Positions 38,691 through 51,995 of a stretch of 64,000 nucleotides of DNA are shown here, in pieces (position 1 is the stretch's first letter; every line of letters begins with the position of its first letter). Below the pieces are notes generated by a model. It had not been told where the DNA came from. It saw only the letters and a program-made list of their open reading frames with translations, and searched no databases. Origin of the DNA: Ginglymostoma cirratum (lineage: Eukaryota). The position numbers and the translations under genes are program-made. The stretch lies in NCBI GenBank assembly GCA_024137785.1, contig JAHRHZ010000025.1:23420219-23484218 (forward strand). Direction: 5' to 3'.

Positions 38691-39739
38691 GGATAGCAAT
38701 GAATCCATAAGATCATAAGGTATCAGCACTGTGCAGACCTCCCAAGCCTGTTGTCAGTTAGTGAGTAATGTGAGAGGGTAAGCAGAGTGACATCACCTAC
38801 CCACTGGCATCATTCCCTAAAGTGGCAGGATTTAAATCTACCCTGGTTTTGACAGACTATGAATCCATGACAGAAGTCTTCACTATTCGATGTAAAATAG
38901 TGCTTAATTTGTAACATCAACCACAAGCAAGATTGACATGGGAAGTGTAGATATCAACAAGCCTGCACCAGTATAGAAGTTACAATCTCAGTGGAGACCA
39001 GTAAAATTAAAAAGGAGGGATCCAAAATCTTAGTTATTTACTGAAAGAATGAAGCAACAACATTCCATGGTTTAAAACAGAGGAATTTGTACTAACAAGA
39101 GTCAAATAAAGCAAACACAAAATACTATTTTAGATCACCTCCAATACTTCAACAGCCAGAATCAATTTAAGTCAAACATGAATTTCAAGGGAAATTGCAG
39201 TCAAATGTAAACTGTGAATTACACATTAACTGGCAGACAAAACTAAGATAGATTGTAACAATTGGCTCAGCAGTCCATGTAGCATACATTCTCAGTCATA
39301 AAGTCCTTCAAAAATCTTACTTCCACATAAAGAGTTCAGCCCCTCTCCATCTAGGATGAAGGGTGACCCCAGTTGAAATCAGCATACAATCAACCCAAGT
39401 TTCATGGGTACTATCTTCGCCATAAATAGTACATCTACTGAAACTACTCAGCATGGTCTGGATGACTTGGACCCACCAATGTCATCTTCAAGTAACGGTA
39501 ACAACTACAGCAAGTTATTCTCAGTTTCAGGATCGGGACTCGATTTTTTTCAGCTTCCTGATACTGCAGTCATCAACTGATACCAACCATATTGGATTGA
39601 TTTGTCTCCTTTTATAACTTGCAACCAGGTTTAGTCATGTTTTGGATTCCAAATCTTAATTTGTTCATTCCATTAGAAACAGGGAGGGTAAGTTTTCTCT
39701 CTCCATTTTCTTTTTCTGTTTCATCTGAATCTGTTACAT

Positions 39740-40255
39740 CTAGTTTTGGGTACCTCACTTGAGAAGGTATGTGAAGGAATTGGAGAGGGAGCAGAAAATA
39801 ATCATGAAAATGGTTCCTGATGCGGTCTTCAGAAAGGAAGACAAAATAGAGAAGTCAGGTCTGTTTCCCTTGCAGAAGGAAGGTTGAGAAGAGTTTGAAA
39901 GGGGTGTTCACAATCATGAGAGGTTGGGTGGATAGGGAGAAATTGTTTCCACTTGTGACAGGATTAATGAGCGAGCAAAGATCTTAAGTAATTGGCAAAA
40001 GAAGCAAAAGTGATGGGGCAAAATATTCTTCATGAAGTGAATAGTTATGGCTGGAATACACTGTCTGATAGTGTGGTTTAGGTAGGTTGAATCAAAACAT
40101 TGAAAGGGAAATTAGACTGCTTTCTAAAAAACATGCAGAGTTATGGGCAAAAGGCAGGACAATGGCATCAAAGGAATTACTCATCAGAGAGCTGATGCAA
40201 ATGTGATAGACTTAATGGACTCATATTGTGCTCTAACAATTCTGTGAATCTATGT
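39740..40255 (+). mobile_element. Decayed CR1 3' fragment
   Basis: CR1-like 3' ORF2 remnants and tail aattctgtgaatctatg. Confidence 0.65.
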
Positions 40256-40371
40256 CTCTATTTGGTTTCCTTGTTCTGTTTGTGTTTTCAGTTTGGGTCT
40301 GCCTAAAGAAATACAAACTTTAAAAGCACAGATTTCTTCAAAACCAATACATCCGTTTGCATTGCAAAGAA

Positions 40372-40470
40372 CAGTCACTGGGCTCGAAATGTTAACTCTG
40401 CATTCTTTGCACTGATGTTTGCAGACCTGCTGAGCTTCTCCAGCAATTTCTGTTTTTGTTTCAGACTTCC
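40372..40470 (+). mobile_element. PLE terminal fragment (5374 family)
   Basis: gtcactgggctcgaaatgttaactctg..gacctgctgagcttctccagcaatttctg. Confidence 0.75.
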
Positions 40471-40562
40471 GCTGTTATTTCTTTTACACTTAGTTTGATT
40501 TAATTTCTCTTTGTACAGTCTTTTGTTTCCTTTTAAATAATTAAATAAAAACCTTGGGTAGT

Positions 40563-40880
40563 GATAGGAGTGTGGAAGCAGGCAATTCAGCCCATTGAGT
40601 TTACACCAATCCTCTGAAGAGCATCCCACTCAGACCCATCCCCATAACTCTGCTCTTTTTATGGCTAATCCACCTAGCCTGCACATCCCTGGACACTACG
40701 AGCAATCCATATAATCTGCACATTGGATTATGGGAGGAAACTGGAGCACCAGGAGGAAACCCATGCAGACACAGGGAAAATGTGCAAACTTCACAAAGAC
40801 AGTCGCCGAGGATGGAATCAAACCCAGGTGCCTGGTGCTGTGAGACAGCAGTGCTAACCACTGAGCTACTGTGTCACCAT
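40563..40880 (-). mobile_element. HE1/V-SINE
   Basis: Reverse complement of head (gtgctaaccactgagc) and V domain. Confidence 0.9.
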
Positions 40881-41289
40881 GATCTAGGAAGTAGAGAGGA
40901 AAGTATCTAGATCGCACAGGTAAAGTCTAACAACTTGTTTTTCGTTTATGTTCAAGGACTGTTGCAGAACACAATAGGTCATTATGGGCAACAAGCATCA
41001 CCAGACTATTTTTCAACTATTTTTTGCTGATAATGAAGGAGTTCAGATGAGCATAAAGCAGAAAAAATGTTTGTGTTGTCAAAGTTTGGCATTATAAAAG
41101 GCATTAGGCACATGTAGTGTGAAGTTATTAAAATTAAATCTGTACCTTTCAACATATGAGCAAATGCAGATTTCAGCCATGTCCTTTTTCAGGAAATATA
41201 GGATACAAAAATAAACTTAAGCATTATACAATACAGTAAGAATCATCAAATCATACAATATGTTATCATTAAATACTTCAACGCAGTAC

Positions 41290-41592
41290 AAAGGGAATGT
41301 TGCACTAGTGTAGGTGGTATCTTTCAGATGAGAGGTTAAGAGACTATTCGAAGAAAAACAGGGGAGTCTCCTGATGTCTTAGCCAATATTTACCTCTCAG
41401 TCAACATCATTATCCAAAATGAACAAATTATCTGGTTATTATCCCATTGCTGTTTGTAGGGCCTTGCTGTTCACAAATTGACTGCCACATTTCCCGACTT
41501 AACATAGCTTCAAAAGTTCTTAATCAGCTGTAAAACATTTTGAGATATCTTGAGGTCATGAAAAGACTGATATGAGTGCAAATCCTTTCTTT
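41290..41592 (+). mobile_element. DeuSINE (SacSINE1/AmnSINE1-like)
   Basis: Deu-domain words ctttcagatgaga, gaagaaaaacaggggagt, gccaatatttacctctca, attatctggttattatcccattgctgtttgt. Confidence 0.75.
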
Positions 41593-44479
41593 AAACCAGA
41601 ATATTTGCATTGACCATATAAATTTATTCTTGCAGTTTTTGTTTGCCCAGAGGTCTTTGTATAGATGTGATTAGCATGCCAGTTGTCGTAAACATACTGC
41701 AGCACTGATGGAACGAGGACGTCAGATAATAATTTGATAACTAAACAAATTCGTTTAAATACAATGGAAATACAATTACTATAATGTTTTATATACGTTC
41801 ATTGTTCACAGATATGAACAGTAGCACAATGAGCATTGCAAGTGATGGACTGATTTCATTAGAAAAACAACTGAAAAGAGGCAGAGGATACTGTAGACTG
41901 TGCAAAGGAGGAGGGTTAGGCTTTTGTGAAGCTTCTATTGTGTTGAAACTTTACCAGAGGGGATAATGAATGACAACGATAGCATTGACTGCCAGTCAGC
42001 CTCTCTCCTATCTCTGGGACAGGGTCAAGCACAGCAGGAAAATCTGTACTTAATCTGAATTTTGGCTCCCATTTTCCCCCAGTCTTGAGACGTGAATTGA
42101 AGATTTCATTTCAGCTAGTTTTCTATTAATTTATCAATGTCCTAACATACATGTTTAGGATTTTTGTTTCAGTTGTTGCACCTATATTCAAGTGCCCCTA
42201 AGCTGCCTTGTTGCTAACATCAGAGTGTATCATCTGAATGTGCATGTGGAGACTTTGAAAATGTAAATGAATCCAAAATTCCTCAGTTTGGACCCGTTTA
42301 GATTTGAATATTATAACCCAGAGCTCTGTTTCTGAGATCTTCTGATCTCTGTTTCATTTCGGAGCTCCGAATCTGTTGCATGTTGTTTAGTTGGCCCAAT
42401 ATTGATTTATGTTGTCTTTGAAGTCTGCAGCATAATGAAAGAAAAATAGCAACAAAATTGAGCATCAGGTACCATTTCAAATTATCAAGTTTTTCATAAC
42501 TATTTGAAAACCTGTTTCATAACCATTGGAACTTATTATCAGCACCAACCAATGTCTTCAAAAGCAACTGGGAGAATATTTGAATGCAAATGGAGCTCCC
42601 ACCACCTTTGCAATTTTCTCTTCTATCTGGAAACTGTGAGTGTACGTCTTTGTGGAAATCTGCAAATGTGCAAAAATGTAGCATTCTATTAAATATTTGA
42701 ACGATATCTTTACTTGTATCCTTACGCATAGAACTGACCTGTTTATAATGGTCGGTGGGATGACCCAGGATTACCCTGTACTATTTAAGCTTGATATATC
42801 CTGTTACATTAGTATGTGTGTAAGCACAACCTAACTGTTGGCTCTGTTAGAGACTGAGCTGTCTTGTTGATATCACAGTCTCACAGTGGGGTACTGTGTT
42901 CACTGTTAATAGACTGCACCGATCCATTGCACTTTAGACTGAGCCACTCAGCATGGGTGGTTCAGCATCACACGCTCTCAAATGCTCGTATCTCACTCAC
43001 AATAATCGAAGGGTTAATTAAAGTTACTTTAGCACAAGAGACTACCAAATGTTGAGCGTGTTAATTTCTGAACAGCATCGAAATAACCTTCTGTTACTGT
43101 TGCAGCCCTGTGCTGCTCCAGAACAGAGTCGAGTCTTAATTTGCCCAGAATAATTGCAGAGAGTCTGATTAAAACCCAGGTGTTGAGAGAAACTCAATCT
43201 TATTTCCCAGGGTGATTCTATCGGTTTAAAAAAAATGTTTTTCTGCAAATGAAAAAAATGCAAAAAGATAACAGAATTCATTGCTCTTAAAATTTTAAAT
43301 TTAAAAAGTTAATAAAGCTCAGGCTGGAAGATGATAGAAATTTGCATTTCGCAGATTAACATGCACAAAAAAAGCAAAAATCCTTTTGCCTCAGGTAATA
43401 ATTTGAGAAACCTTTGCATATTTTATTTAAAACCAGGCCGAGTTTAGCAGGGTAATAACACAGACAGATGATGATTAGAAGGTTAGGCCTGGAGGGCTCA
43501 CAGCTTGGGCCCTGCAACTCCTCACACACAAAGGACTGCTGAAGAGCAGATTACTCTAATTGCCTGTCACGCGTTTGTCAAATGTTCTGTGCAAATATTA
43601 TGCACAACTCTGCCAACCTTTTGAATATCTCTCTAACAACTTTTTTTTTAAGCAGACAAGTTTCAGCATATTGTGTGTTACGAAACTGTGAATTTGATCA
43701 GTGCGACGTGCTGCTTGTTGTGCCGGGGACCCCCTGAACAATAATTGAAAAAAACTGCACCCAACAGAGGGATTTATCGGGGACGGGCCCATTAGCCCAG
43801 TTGATTTTTGTGAAGTGAATAACTGGTTTGCTGGAAAATTGTACTATCAGGAGGGACTACTTAACCCTTTTGAGTACTTGGGCCTTCAAATACTTAGAAG
43901 TGCTTCTATACTTTCATATATTACTTGCAAAATGAACAACATCTCCTGGAATTATTCTACTTCTGAACATCAAAGAGAAGTGAGAGGAATGTGTAGAAAC
44001 TGTTTCTTCGCTGAGAGTTTTCCTGAACGTGACAGAAAATGTTTTGCACTCATTTCATTTTTCTAGTCCTTTGGCGATTGACATCAATCCATGAGGAAGA
44101 TTCTGATGTCAGGTTTCCCATTAACTTACAGTTTTAAGTGCCGTATTTAAATGTGATAACCATACTTAACTTTTGCAGTAGCCTTTAGGTATTGAGTGCA
44201 TCATTTGTGGAACATATTAAAATGCAGCTAAAAGAAGCTAACCTTGGAAACCAAGGAAGGAAATGAAAGCAAAAACACTTGGATTCAAGATAGATGTCTA
44301 ACTCAATAGTATGTCTGAAGGGGTGCAAACAAATGGAAGAGGTTCCCCCATATCAGTTTTCAATTCGATTTCAGTACATGGGGAAAAAGCTATTTGTTAA
44401 ATCATTGTCAGTCTTGGGAATTTGTTTTTTTTTGTGAACAATGGGCTATAGAACCTTATGGTATTGGTCCATAAAAAGG

Positions 44480-44645
44480 GTAACGTCACCATGGTACTAC
44501 CAGATCATAGAGAGAGATGAATGGTGGTGGCGTAACCTGAAGGTCACCACAGCCCAGGCAAGGGGAGACTTTGAGAAGAAGGGTCCTTCATAGTAACCTC
44601 AGCTGGTACTAGAATTGAATCCACACTGTTGGCAACACAAACCAT
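44480..44645 (-). mobile_element. Short tRNA-derived SINE, unclassified
   Basis: Reverse-complement B-box gaattgaatcc near 44612 with SINE-like body. Confidence 0.45.
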
Positions 44646-44649
44646 CCCC

Positions 44650-45500
44650 AAGTTGCTTGCTGATAATTGTGCAATGTTCAGCTGCATTTATGAAGCAGTC
44701 CCAGTCCACACTCAGCAACATCTGAACAGCATTCAGGCTTTGAATGATAAGTTAAGAGGTAACATTTGTACTACATAAATGCCAGATGATGACCATTTCC
44801 AACAAGAGTGAATCAAACTATCTTCCTTGATATTCAATGGCCTCGCTGTGTTGAATTCCCCTTTATTAACGTCCTGAGGTTATCACTGACCCTGGAACAG
44901 CCACATAGGTAATCTGCCTACAAGAGGAGGTCAAAGTCTAAGAATTTTGTAGCAGCTAACTCACATCATGACTCCTTGAAACTGCCCACCATCTAAAACA
45001 CACAAGTTGGGAATGTGACAGAATACATTCCACTTCCCTGGATGTGTGAAGCTCCAACAAGACTCAAACACTACACCATCCAGGAAAAAAGTGATCTGCT
45101 CGATCAGAAACCCGTTCACCACCTCAAACTTTCACTCCATGTATCACAGTCCCTCTGTGTCTACAGGGTTTACCTTGTACAAAATGCACTGCAGTAAGCC
45201 TCAAACGCTCCTTCGGCAACACCTTCCAAATGGCCTTTACCACCTTGCAGGAACAAGTGGGATGCCAGCTGTAAGGTCCCCTCCAGATGACACAACATCC
45301 TGACTGAGAACTATATTAGTGTTCCTTTGCAGTTGCTGGGTCAGAGAACGGAAACACACTCTATGACAGTGGTGTTAATGTACTTACACCAGATGGACTC
45401 TGCATTTGCAGAAAGCACCTCACCACCTTCTTGAGGATAATTAGGATGAGCAACAAATACTGTTTTTTCCAGTAATACTTACATGATATAATTAAAAGCA
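44650..45500 (+). mobile_element. CR1-group (L2/Crack-like) LINE 3' part, decayed
   Basis: Colinear with 54335-55197. Confidence 0.8.
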
Positions 45501-45749
45501 AGGTCAAGCCAGTGGAAACAGTTCAAGAATTTCAAGTGGGAATGATGCCTTTGAAAATAGAGCACAATCTTTTGCACAAGCTAAAACAAAAATTGGAAGC
45601 AGGCCCTACCACACAAAATGGGCCAGTTAATCACTGGTGGATAACCCCCAGTTGCTCCAGTCTGCAGGAAAGCATCTTTAAAAGCCAGTTGTACACCCAG
45701 GCAGTGCGTGAATTCACAGCTGCTTGGCATTGCTCCTGATATTTGTTGC

Positions 45750-46450
45750 AGACATGACAGACAGGGGGATGTTAGAGCCTGGAAGGTTACCTGGAGGTCC
45801 TGTTGGATAGGGTGGTGAGGATGTGGGACTTCTACTTCCTCCAAGACCAGCAGTGGAGGCAATAACACCAGACCACACCAGCCTGGTCCATGTAGTCTCA
45901 GCCACCAGGAGAAACACTCAGCAATGTGTGAAAAAGGCCAATGTCGTTCTCCACTCCACCAGCCACAATCTTCACTCCAATACCTCACTCTGTCTCTGCT
46001 GCTGTACCTGTCTCCAACCGAGGCTCATACGCTCCCCTCTCACTAGTACCAGCAACATCTTCACTCACTTGCTGTTACCCATCCTAACCCTTGGCACCAC
46101 TAATCCCGTATGCTCTCTGTGCTGCCTACTCACTTACACCAGACACCTGTACAAAAAGTAACAGCAGTGCCACTCACTTTCCATCTGCCTTAATACCTGC
46201 GCCTCTCTTATTCCAGGAGGGTGACAGCCCACAATAGGGCAGAAAGAGTCAAGCAGGCGGTGGACCACCCAACATTAGGCTCCTCACCCCTTCTGAGAAG
46301 AGATTCCTGACTCTGACTGCCCTGAACAGCTGACTGACTGTGTACAAACCCCTGGACAGGAATCAGAGGCTGCCCTTGACTTGCTGTGACGGACCCCTTG
46401 AGTAAAGGCTATCTCCTCGACTTGACTGAGGATTGCTGACAACCATGACA
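45750..46450 (+). mobile_element. Harbinger Myb/SANT-like gene relic, second copy
   Basis: LEVLLDRVVRMWDFYFLQDQQWRQ*HQTTPAW..VSATRRNTQQCVKKANVVLHS; downstream 46341-46390 matches 6105-6155. Confidence 0.65.
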
Positions 46451-46519
46451 AATGTTCCTGGCTTTGTGTCTGTGCTAAACAGCAAGGAAAGGTTCAAAAA
46501 AAAAGACAGATGGTTAGAA

Positions 46520-46790
46520 AAAATCTAGCCATTGTCCCTTGTCATTCAATGGCATCACCATCATAAAATGCCACATCCTGGGGGTCACCAGAAGCTGAAT
46601 GGGACTAAACCATGGCTGCAAGAGCAGGTCAGAGACTAGTAACATGCACTTAAGTAAATAATTCACTTCCTGACTCCCAAAAGCCTGTCCACCATCCACA
46701 AGGCACAAGTCTAGATTGTGATGGACTACGTCCCGCTTGCCTGGCTGAGTGTAGCCCCAGGGCAAAGCCCCAGGACACATTGGCACTGCA
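46520..46790 (+). mobile_element. CR1-group (L2/Crack-like) LINE fragment
   Basis: catcctgggggtcacc..atggctgcaagagcaggtcagag..ctcccaaaagcctgtccacc matches 54540-54720. Confidence 0.75.
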
Positions 46791-47849
46791 TCCCCAGCCA
46801 TCCACTCCTTGTGATGTCAGGATTCAGGGGGCAGAGATGACTGTTCGACAGAAAGTTCAAATGGCGGGTCTCCATATTGGGGGGACGGGTGAAAATGGGC
46901 CGTCAGGGAAGTGCGAAGTGAAAAAGGGACATGGAGGCTCGGGGCCAGGCTGGGGGGAGGTACCTGGTGACCCTGCAGGGCTCATGCTGAGGGTGTCCAC
47001 CACCAGCTGTTTTCCCTGCCACCACTTGCCATTCTCTAGCTGCACATTCAACCAGAAAATGGTTCAGACGACATCCAGTGTGGGCCCGGTCAGTGTCCCT
47101 TTGATGGATGAAAGTGTCAGATCCTTCTCTGCTGGATGCTCGGACATTGAAGGGACAGATACATGAAGCATGAGTTAGCAAACTCCAGCTACAGTTAATT
47201 TGCAAGCATTTCTTCGCATTTTTACAATGCATGCAAAATGAATGTGCTGAAGCAACAATTGTTGGTCAAAGGTGGATTGCGCCTGAACATTAGTGTTTGC
47301 ATATCAAACAGTATCATCTTGAAGATGCAGAAGTTTGCAGCTATGACTTAAACATAGGTGACCAGTCCTGTTTGTACATTAAGGATGGCTGGTACCCACT
47401 TCTTGTCAGTGGTGTAGTTCCTCACCAACACTTCCTGATCTTTTTGGAAAACACAGCATTTGACCTTGTTGTCTCAAAGGAAAACTGATTCTGTTGTTTC
47501 CTGTCAACAATGTCATTTTTCCAGGGGTAGTTTCAAAAATCAAATGCAGTGTGCAACTAACGCTTTACCATAAGCAACACTGGAGAACTTTGTGTCATCA
47601 AGTGGGTTGTGTTCTGGTATGTTAACGAAAAAAAGGAATGTTTTATTATCTGAGCAAACCTTCCTGCCAAACCATTTGTGGCTGTGTGATATGGAGCTGA
47701 TCGGATTTGTTGAATTCCCGTCGGATTTAGTTAGCCCACGAACTCTTGTGATATAAACTGTGGACAACCGTCACTAAAAATTTGTTACAGATAACCAAAT
47801 CTTACAAAGATCTCCTCAATCTTTCAATGGTTTTCTCTGAAGGTGTTGG

Positions 47850-48770
47850 CTTCATGAGGGCAAAGGAGAGGGTGGATCCTGTCATGCTGTTCCTTGAGCA
47901 GACTGTCAAAGTCATTTGGCAGAATGCGCATCACTAGAACTTTCCAACAAGCACCAAGACATTGCATGGCTGGTGGTAAGAAGGGCATTACCTGTGAGAT
48001 TCTTTATGAACACCCGGACTTGCTGCACCACTGCACAATGCCCTCAAAGTGGCTGCAGGGGGATACAGACTGTCACACGCCTCCTTCTGGAATGTGCCTT
48101 TGCAACCGAACTCTGGAGAGAGATATAATGGTTTTTGTGAAGATTCACCCCAGTAGCTCTCTGACGCAGGACTCTGTGCTGTACGGTCTGCTCCCTAGGA
48201 TGCACTCCAAGACAAAAATCAACTGCGCCTGGAGGACCATCAACTGGATGAAAGATGCTCTTTGGTCTGCCTGAAACTTGTTGGCCTTCCAAAGCAAGGA
48301 GTTGACCTCAACTAAGTGTTGCAGACTGGCACATTCCAAGGTCCAGGACTACATGCTGAGGAATGCAACCTGTCCATCTTCTCACCGACCTATCTGCCCT
48401 CCCACCTCACTAACCAATCCCCACCACTCCCTACCTGCACTCACCTAGCACCATCTACCTTCCCCAGCTCCACCCCTCCTCCCTATTTATTTCTGAGGTC
48501 CCTTCAACCTCCCCATTTCCGAAGAAGGGTCCTGACCCGAAACATCAGCTTTCCTGCTCCTCTGATGCTGCTTGGCCTGCTGTGTTCATCCAGCTCCACA
48601 CGTATTATGTAAATATAGTCTTGTACAAGTTAGAAAAGCTAGATAGAGTCAAATTCCAATGTTTGTTTGTTTCTTCATATGCTACTTAACGGAACCAAAC
48701 TGCTTTAGTGACTATTTATGTAGATAAAAATATATTTATAAATAAAGTATGCTTTTGAAATAAAAATAAA
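47850..48770 (+). mobile_element. Tx1-type L1 LINE 3' end inserted in the Gypsy integrase
   Basis: ELSNKHQDIAWLVVRRALPVR..CPQSGC..TVTRLLLECAFATELW (zf-RVT-like); A-rich end at 48740-48770. Confidence 0.8.
48367..48610 (+). mobile_element. PLE 3' terminal repeat nested in the Tx1 fragment
   Basis: C-rich UTR then ccgaaga-a-gggtc ct gaccc-gaaa-catcagctttcctgctcc. Confidence 0.85.
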
Positions 48771-51209
48771 CTTCAGGTCATCAAGTATATGTGTCAACCA
48801 CAACGAAAAACACTCACCTTTCAAAAGTTCTGGCATAGTCAATATGGATCTTTGCCATGGCCTTTCTGGCCATTCCCATGTAAGTTGGATTGCTGATACT
48901 TAATTATATAAGTGCGAGCTGATAGCAATAACATCCACCTCCGCATATGGCTCACAGCTAAAGAATGTATCTCTGTATGAGGCCTAAATACTGTGGTCAA
49001 AGGGTTGTGGTGTTAATAAGAGAAACTTCTAACCACATAGGTATTTGTGGAATCATCTAGTGCCAAAAATGATTCCTAGAATCTATTTCTCTATCTATGC
49101 ATATTTCATTTCTGTTTTGTTTAAAGATCTTGATGAGAAAACATTGGCTTTTCTTCACCATTGAGTAATATGAGAGAAACAACTGCTCCCACTCCCACAC
49201 AGGAATGTGTCACATACTAGTTACACAATAACGTTGGGTCAAATTGGATCTGATTTTAATAAAACCTGTTTGGCTTGTGTAAAGGCTCTTTCACATTGCT
49301 GTTCCCATTTCCAATTCTTATTTTGCATAATAAATTGTGCGATGGCTTGAGGATGGTTGCAAGATTTGGGATAAACCTGCCACAGTAATTTGGCAAACCC
49401 AAAAAATGATCGCAGCTGGTTTTGGTGCTGGTGCCTCAGTTAAGGCTTTTAGTTTTGAAGGTGATGTGTATAATCCCTGATCAATGACATGGCCTAAATA
49501 TTCAATGGAAGATATGAAAAATTCACAATTATCTTTCCTCATTTTTAGGCTTTAATCTTCAAATCTCTGCAGAGTAGCATCTAAATTGTGGAGATGCTTT
49601 TTCTCATTTCTCCCCAGGATTAAAATGTCACATAGGTAACAGTGGACTGCTTCCAATCCGCTTAAAATCTGACCTGTAACACCTTGGAATAACACAGGAG
49701 CAGATGTGATTCCAAATGGAAGTCTCTTGTATTTGAATAGTCCTTTATGTTTTGTCAAGTATTCCTGTGACTCAGAGCTACACTCCTCTGGAGATAGACT
49801 TGACTAAGATTAATTTTACTAAAAAGCTGACCTCCAGCTGGTCCAGCAAACAGGTCATCGATTAAAGGCAAAGGATACTGCTCAGCACACAAAACCAAGT
49901 TAATAGTGTCCTTAAAATTACCACAGATGTGTACTGATTCAACTTTCTTCATCATTGATATGATAGGCCTGGATCAGTCATTCACATTTACAGGTTCAAG
50001 GACTCCCATCTTGAATCACCTCCTTAATTCAGACTCAACCTTTGGTCTCATTGCATAAAGCACTGATCAATATTTTGTTTGACTTTCATTCCTGATTTTC
50101 AATTTGACAGAGATCTTTTCCAAGCTTCCTAAATCTCCATTGAAAACAATAGCAAGTTCCTTTCAAATTTGTGATAGATCAGTCTCAGAATCTGACCAAT
50201 TATTTACTTCAGCCCAGTTAAATTTGATTTTCTCCAGTTTCGTTCTTCCCAATAAAGCTTCTTCTTTGACAATGTATAAGGACAAATCTTCTGACTGACC
50301 TTTCAGCTTGACACAACTGCTTAAAGGCACCGCTTTGCCTGTATACATTCTTAGTACAATTTTTGAGGGTCACAGCGCAGTGTGACTCAGCTGCCCCTGA
50401 TACACTTTGTCAGGTATCAATAAAACCATCACTCTGATGTCCATCTCCATTCTTACTGGTTTGCCATTCAGCAAACCAGTCACCCAATTCCAGTTGGTCT
50501 TGCCGTCAACAGCCACAATGTTTTATAGCAGTTCCTCTTTGGACTGTAAGTCTGGGTTTTTCTCATGCCCTCATGTGTATTAAGTAGATTTTCTTCCTAA
50601 TCTCCAGTTTCTGTACTTTTGTTGTACGATTCTTCCTCAAACACGCTCGTTCAAGGTGCCCTTTACCCCCACAGTTTCTGTATACAACCTTTTTATATCA
50701 CCAGTTACTGCTGTGTGACCTGTTTTTCCACACTGATGGCAGTTTTGAATCTGTGGTGCGACTTGTCTCACAGCTACCGTTTTGGGAACTGTCGTACTCG
50801 AGCTTAGCTGTTGAGCTTCCTCAGCTACTAGTTCTATTGAGATTACTATTTCCAGTGCTTTCTTTAAGTCTGTGTTCCTTTCCGTCAGTAATCGATTCTG
50901 TATTGCTTCACATCTTGAACTGCACACCAGTCTGTCTCTGGCAGCATCATTTCAGCTGTCTCTGAATTAACAGAATTCTGCTAACTTCTTTGAAATTGCT
51001 ATGAACTGGGAGATAGATTCATAAGCATTGTGTTTGTGGGATCTGAACTTTTCAGCAATCACCAATGGATTATGAGAAAATTGTTTCTGTAGGTTTCCTC
51101 AGGAATGAAGAGATGAGTATATCTGCTTCAATTTTGTCAGTTTAAGCTAAATAATAGAATTTTTCTGTGTAGAATTTCTAGCTCTCTGTATCGTGTCATC
51201 ATACAGTTT

Positions 51210-51600
51210 CATAGTTAACATGACGTACCATGAAATTTTAGCACAACCTTTTCTTTTCCTCTTCATTCATGGGCTGAGGGCATCACTGACCAGCCAGAAT
51301 TTATTGCCCATCGGGCAGTTAAGAGTCAACCATATTGCTGTGAGTCTGGAGTCACATATAGGCCAGACCAGGTACAGATGCCAGTTTCCTTCTGTAAAGG
51401 ATATTAGTGAACCAGATGGATATTTCCCCCCAACAATCAGCAATGAATTCATGGTCATCATTTGACTCTTTAATTCCAGATATTTACTAAATTCAATTTC
51501 CACCATCTGCTGCAGGATTTGAACCCAGGTCCCCAGAATAGTGTCTGTGTCTCTGGATTAACAGTCCAGCAATAATACCACTCGGCCATCACCTTCCCCA
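51210..51600 (-). mobile_element. tRNA-derived SINE, probably MetaSINE-type
   Basis: Reverse complement of the 10975 family: gggcagttaagagtcaaccatattgctgtgagtctggagtcacatataggccagaccagg. Confidence 0.8.
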
Positions 51601-51804
51601 CTTCCCATCTCGAACAAAGGATTCCTGAGTTTGTCTGTTTCTTTCTGACTACGCCACTGGCTTTGTGCAGGGCACTCGATACTCACAGTGTTCGTTCAGG
51701 GTGGAGCATGTGGTGAGCTTTTTCTGCACTGTTCACATCTTCCCTGGTGTACTTTTTTTTAACAGATCAGTGGATTGACCTGGTGGATCTCAAAGCAGTT
51801 TTTA

Positions 51805-51995
51805 TCCTCGATGGCAGTTTTCTTCTGATGTTAAGTACCAAGAAGGACCAGGAGGCCAAAGCATTAAACAGCAGAAACTTTATTTTGGAGGTGTCCACTC
51901 CACAAAGCAAACCCAAAACATCTAATGATGTCATCATTATGCCAAGTAATTGAACTCTGAACATGACTGTCTACCATACACAAATACACAACGAT
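51805..51995 (-). mobile_element. Possible primer-binding site and 5' LTR of the Gypsy element
   Basis: tcctcgatggca resembles the reverse complement of PBS tggcgacgagga; minus-strand AATAAA at about 51880; position fits upstream of gag. Confidence 0.35.

Larger units (their letters stand above)
47280..51100 (-). mobile_element. Decayed Gypsy LTR retrotransposon internal region (gag-PR-RT-RNaseH-IN)
   Basis: gag AIQNRLLTE and CHQCGKTGH (50690-50930); protease LNGKPVRMEMD (about 50450); RT KGLFKYKRLPFGITSAP..YLCDILI (49550-49950); integrase EWPERPWQR (48860) and FSDGCPQFISQEF..SAPYHTATNGLAGRF (47650-47790); Gypsy domain order. Confidence 0.92.
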
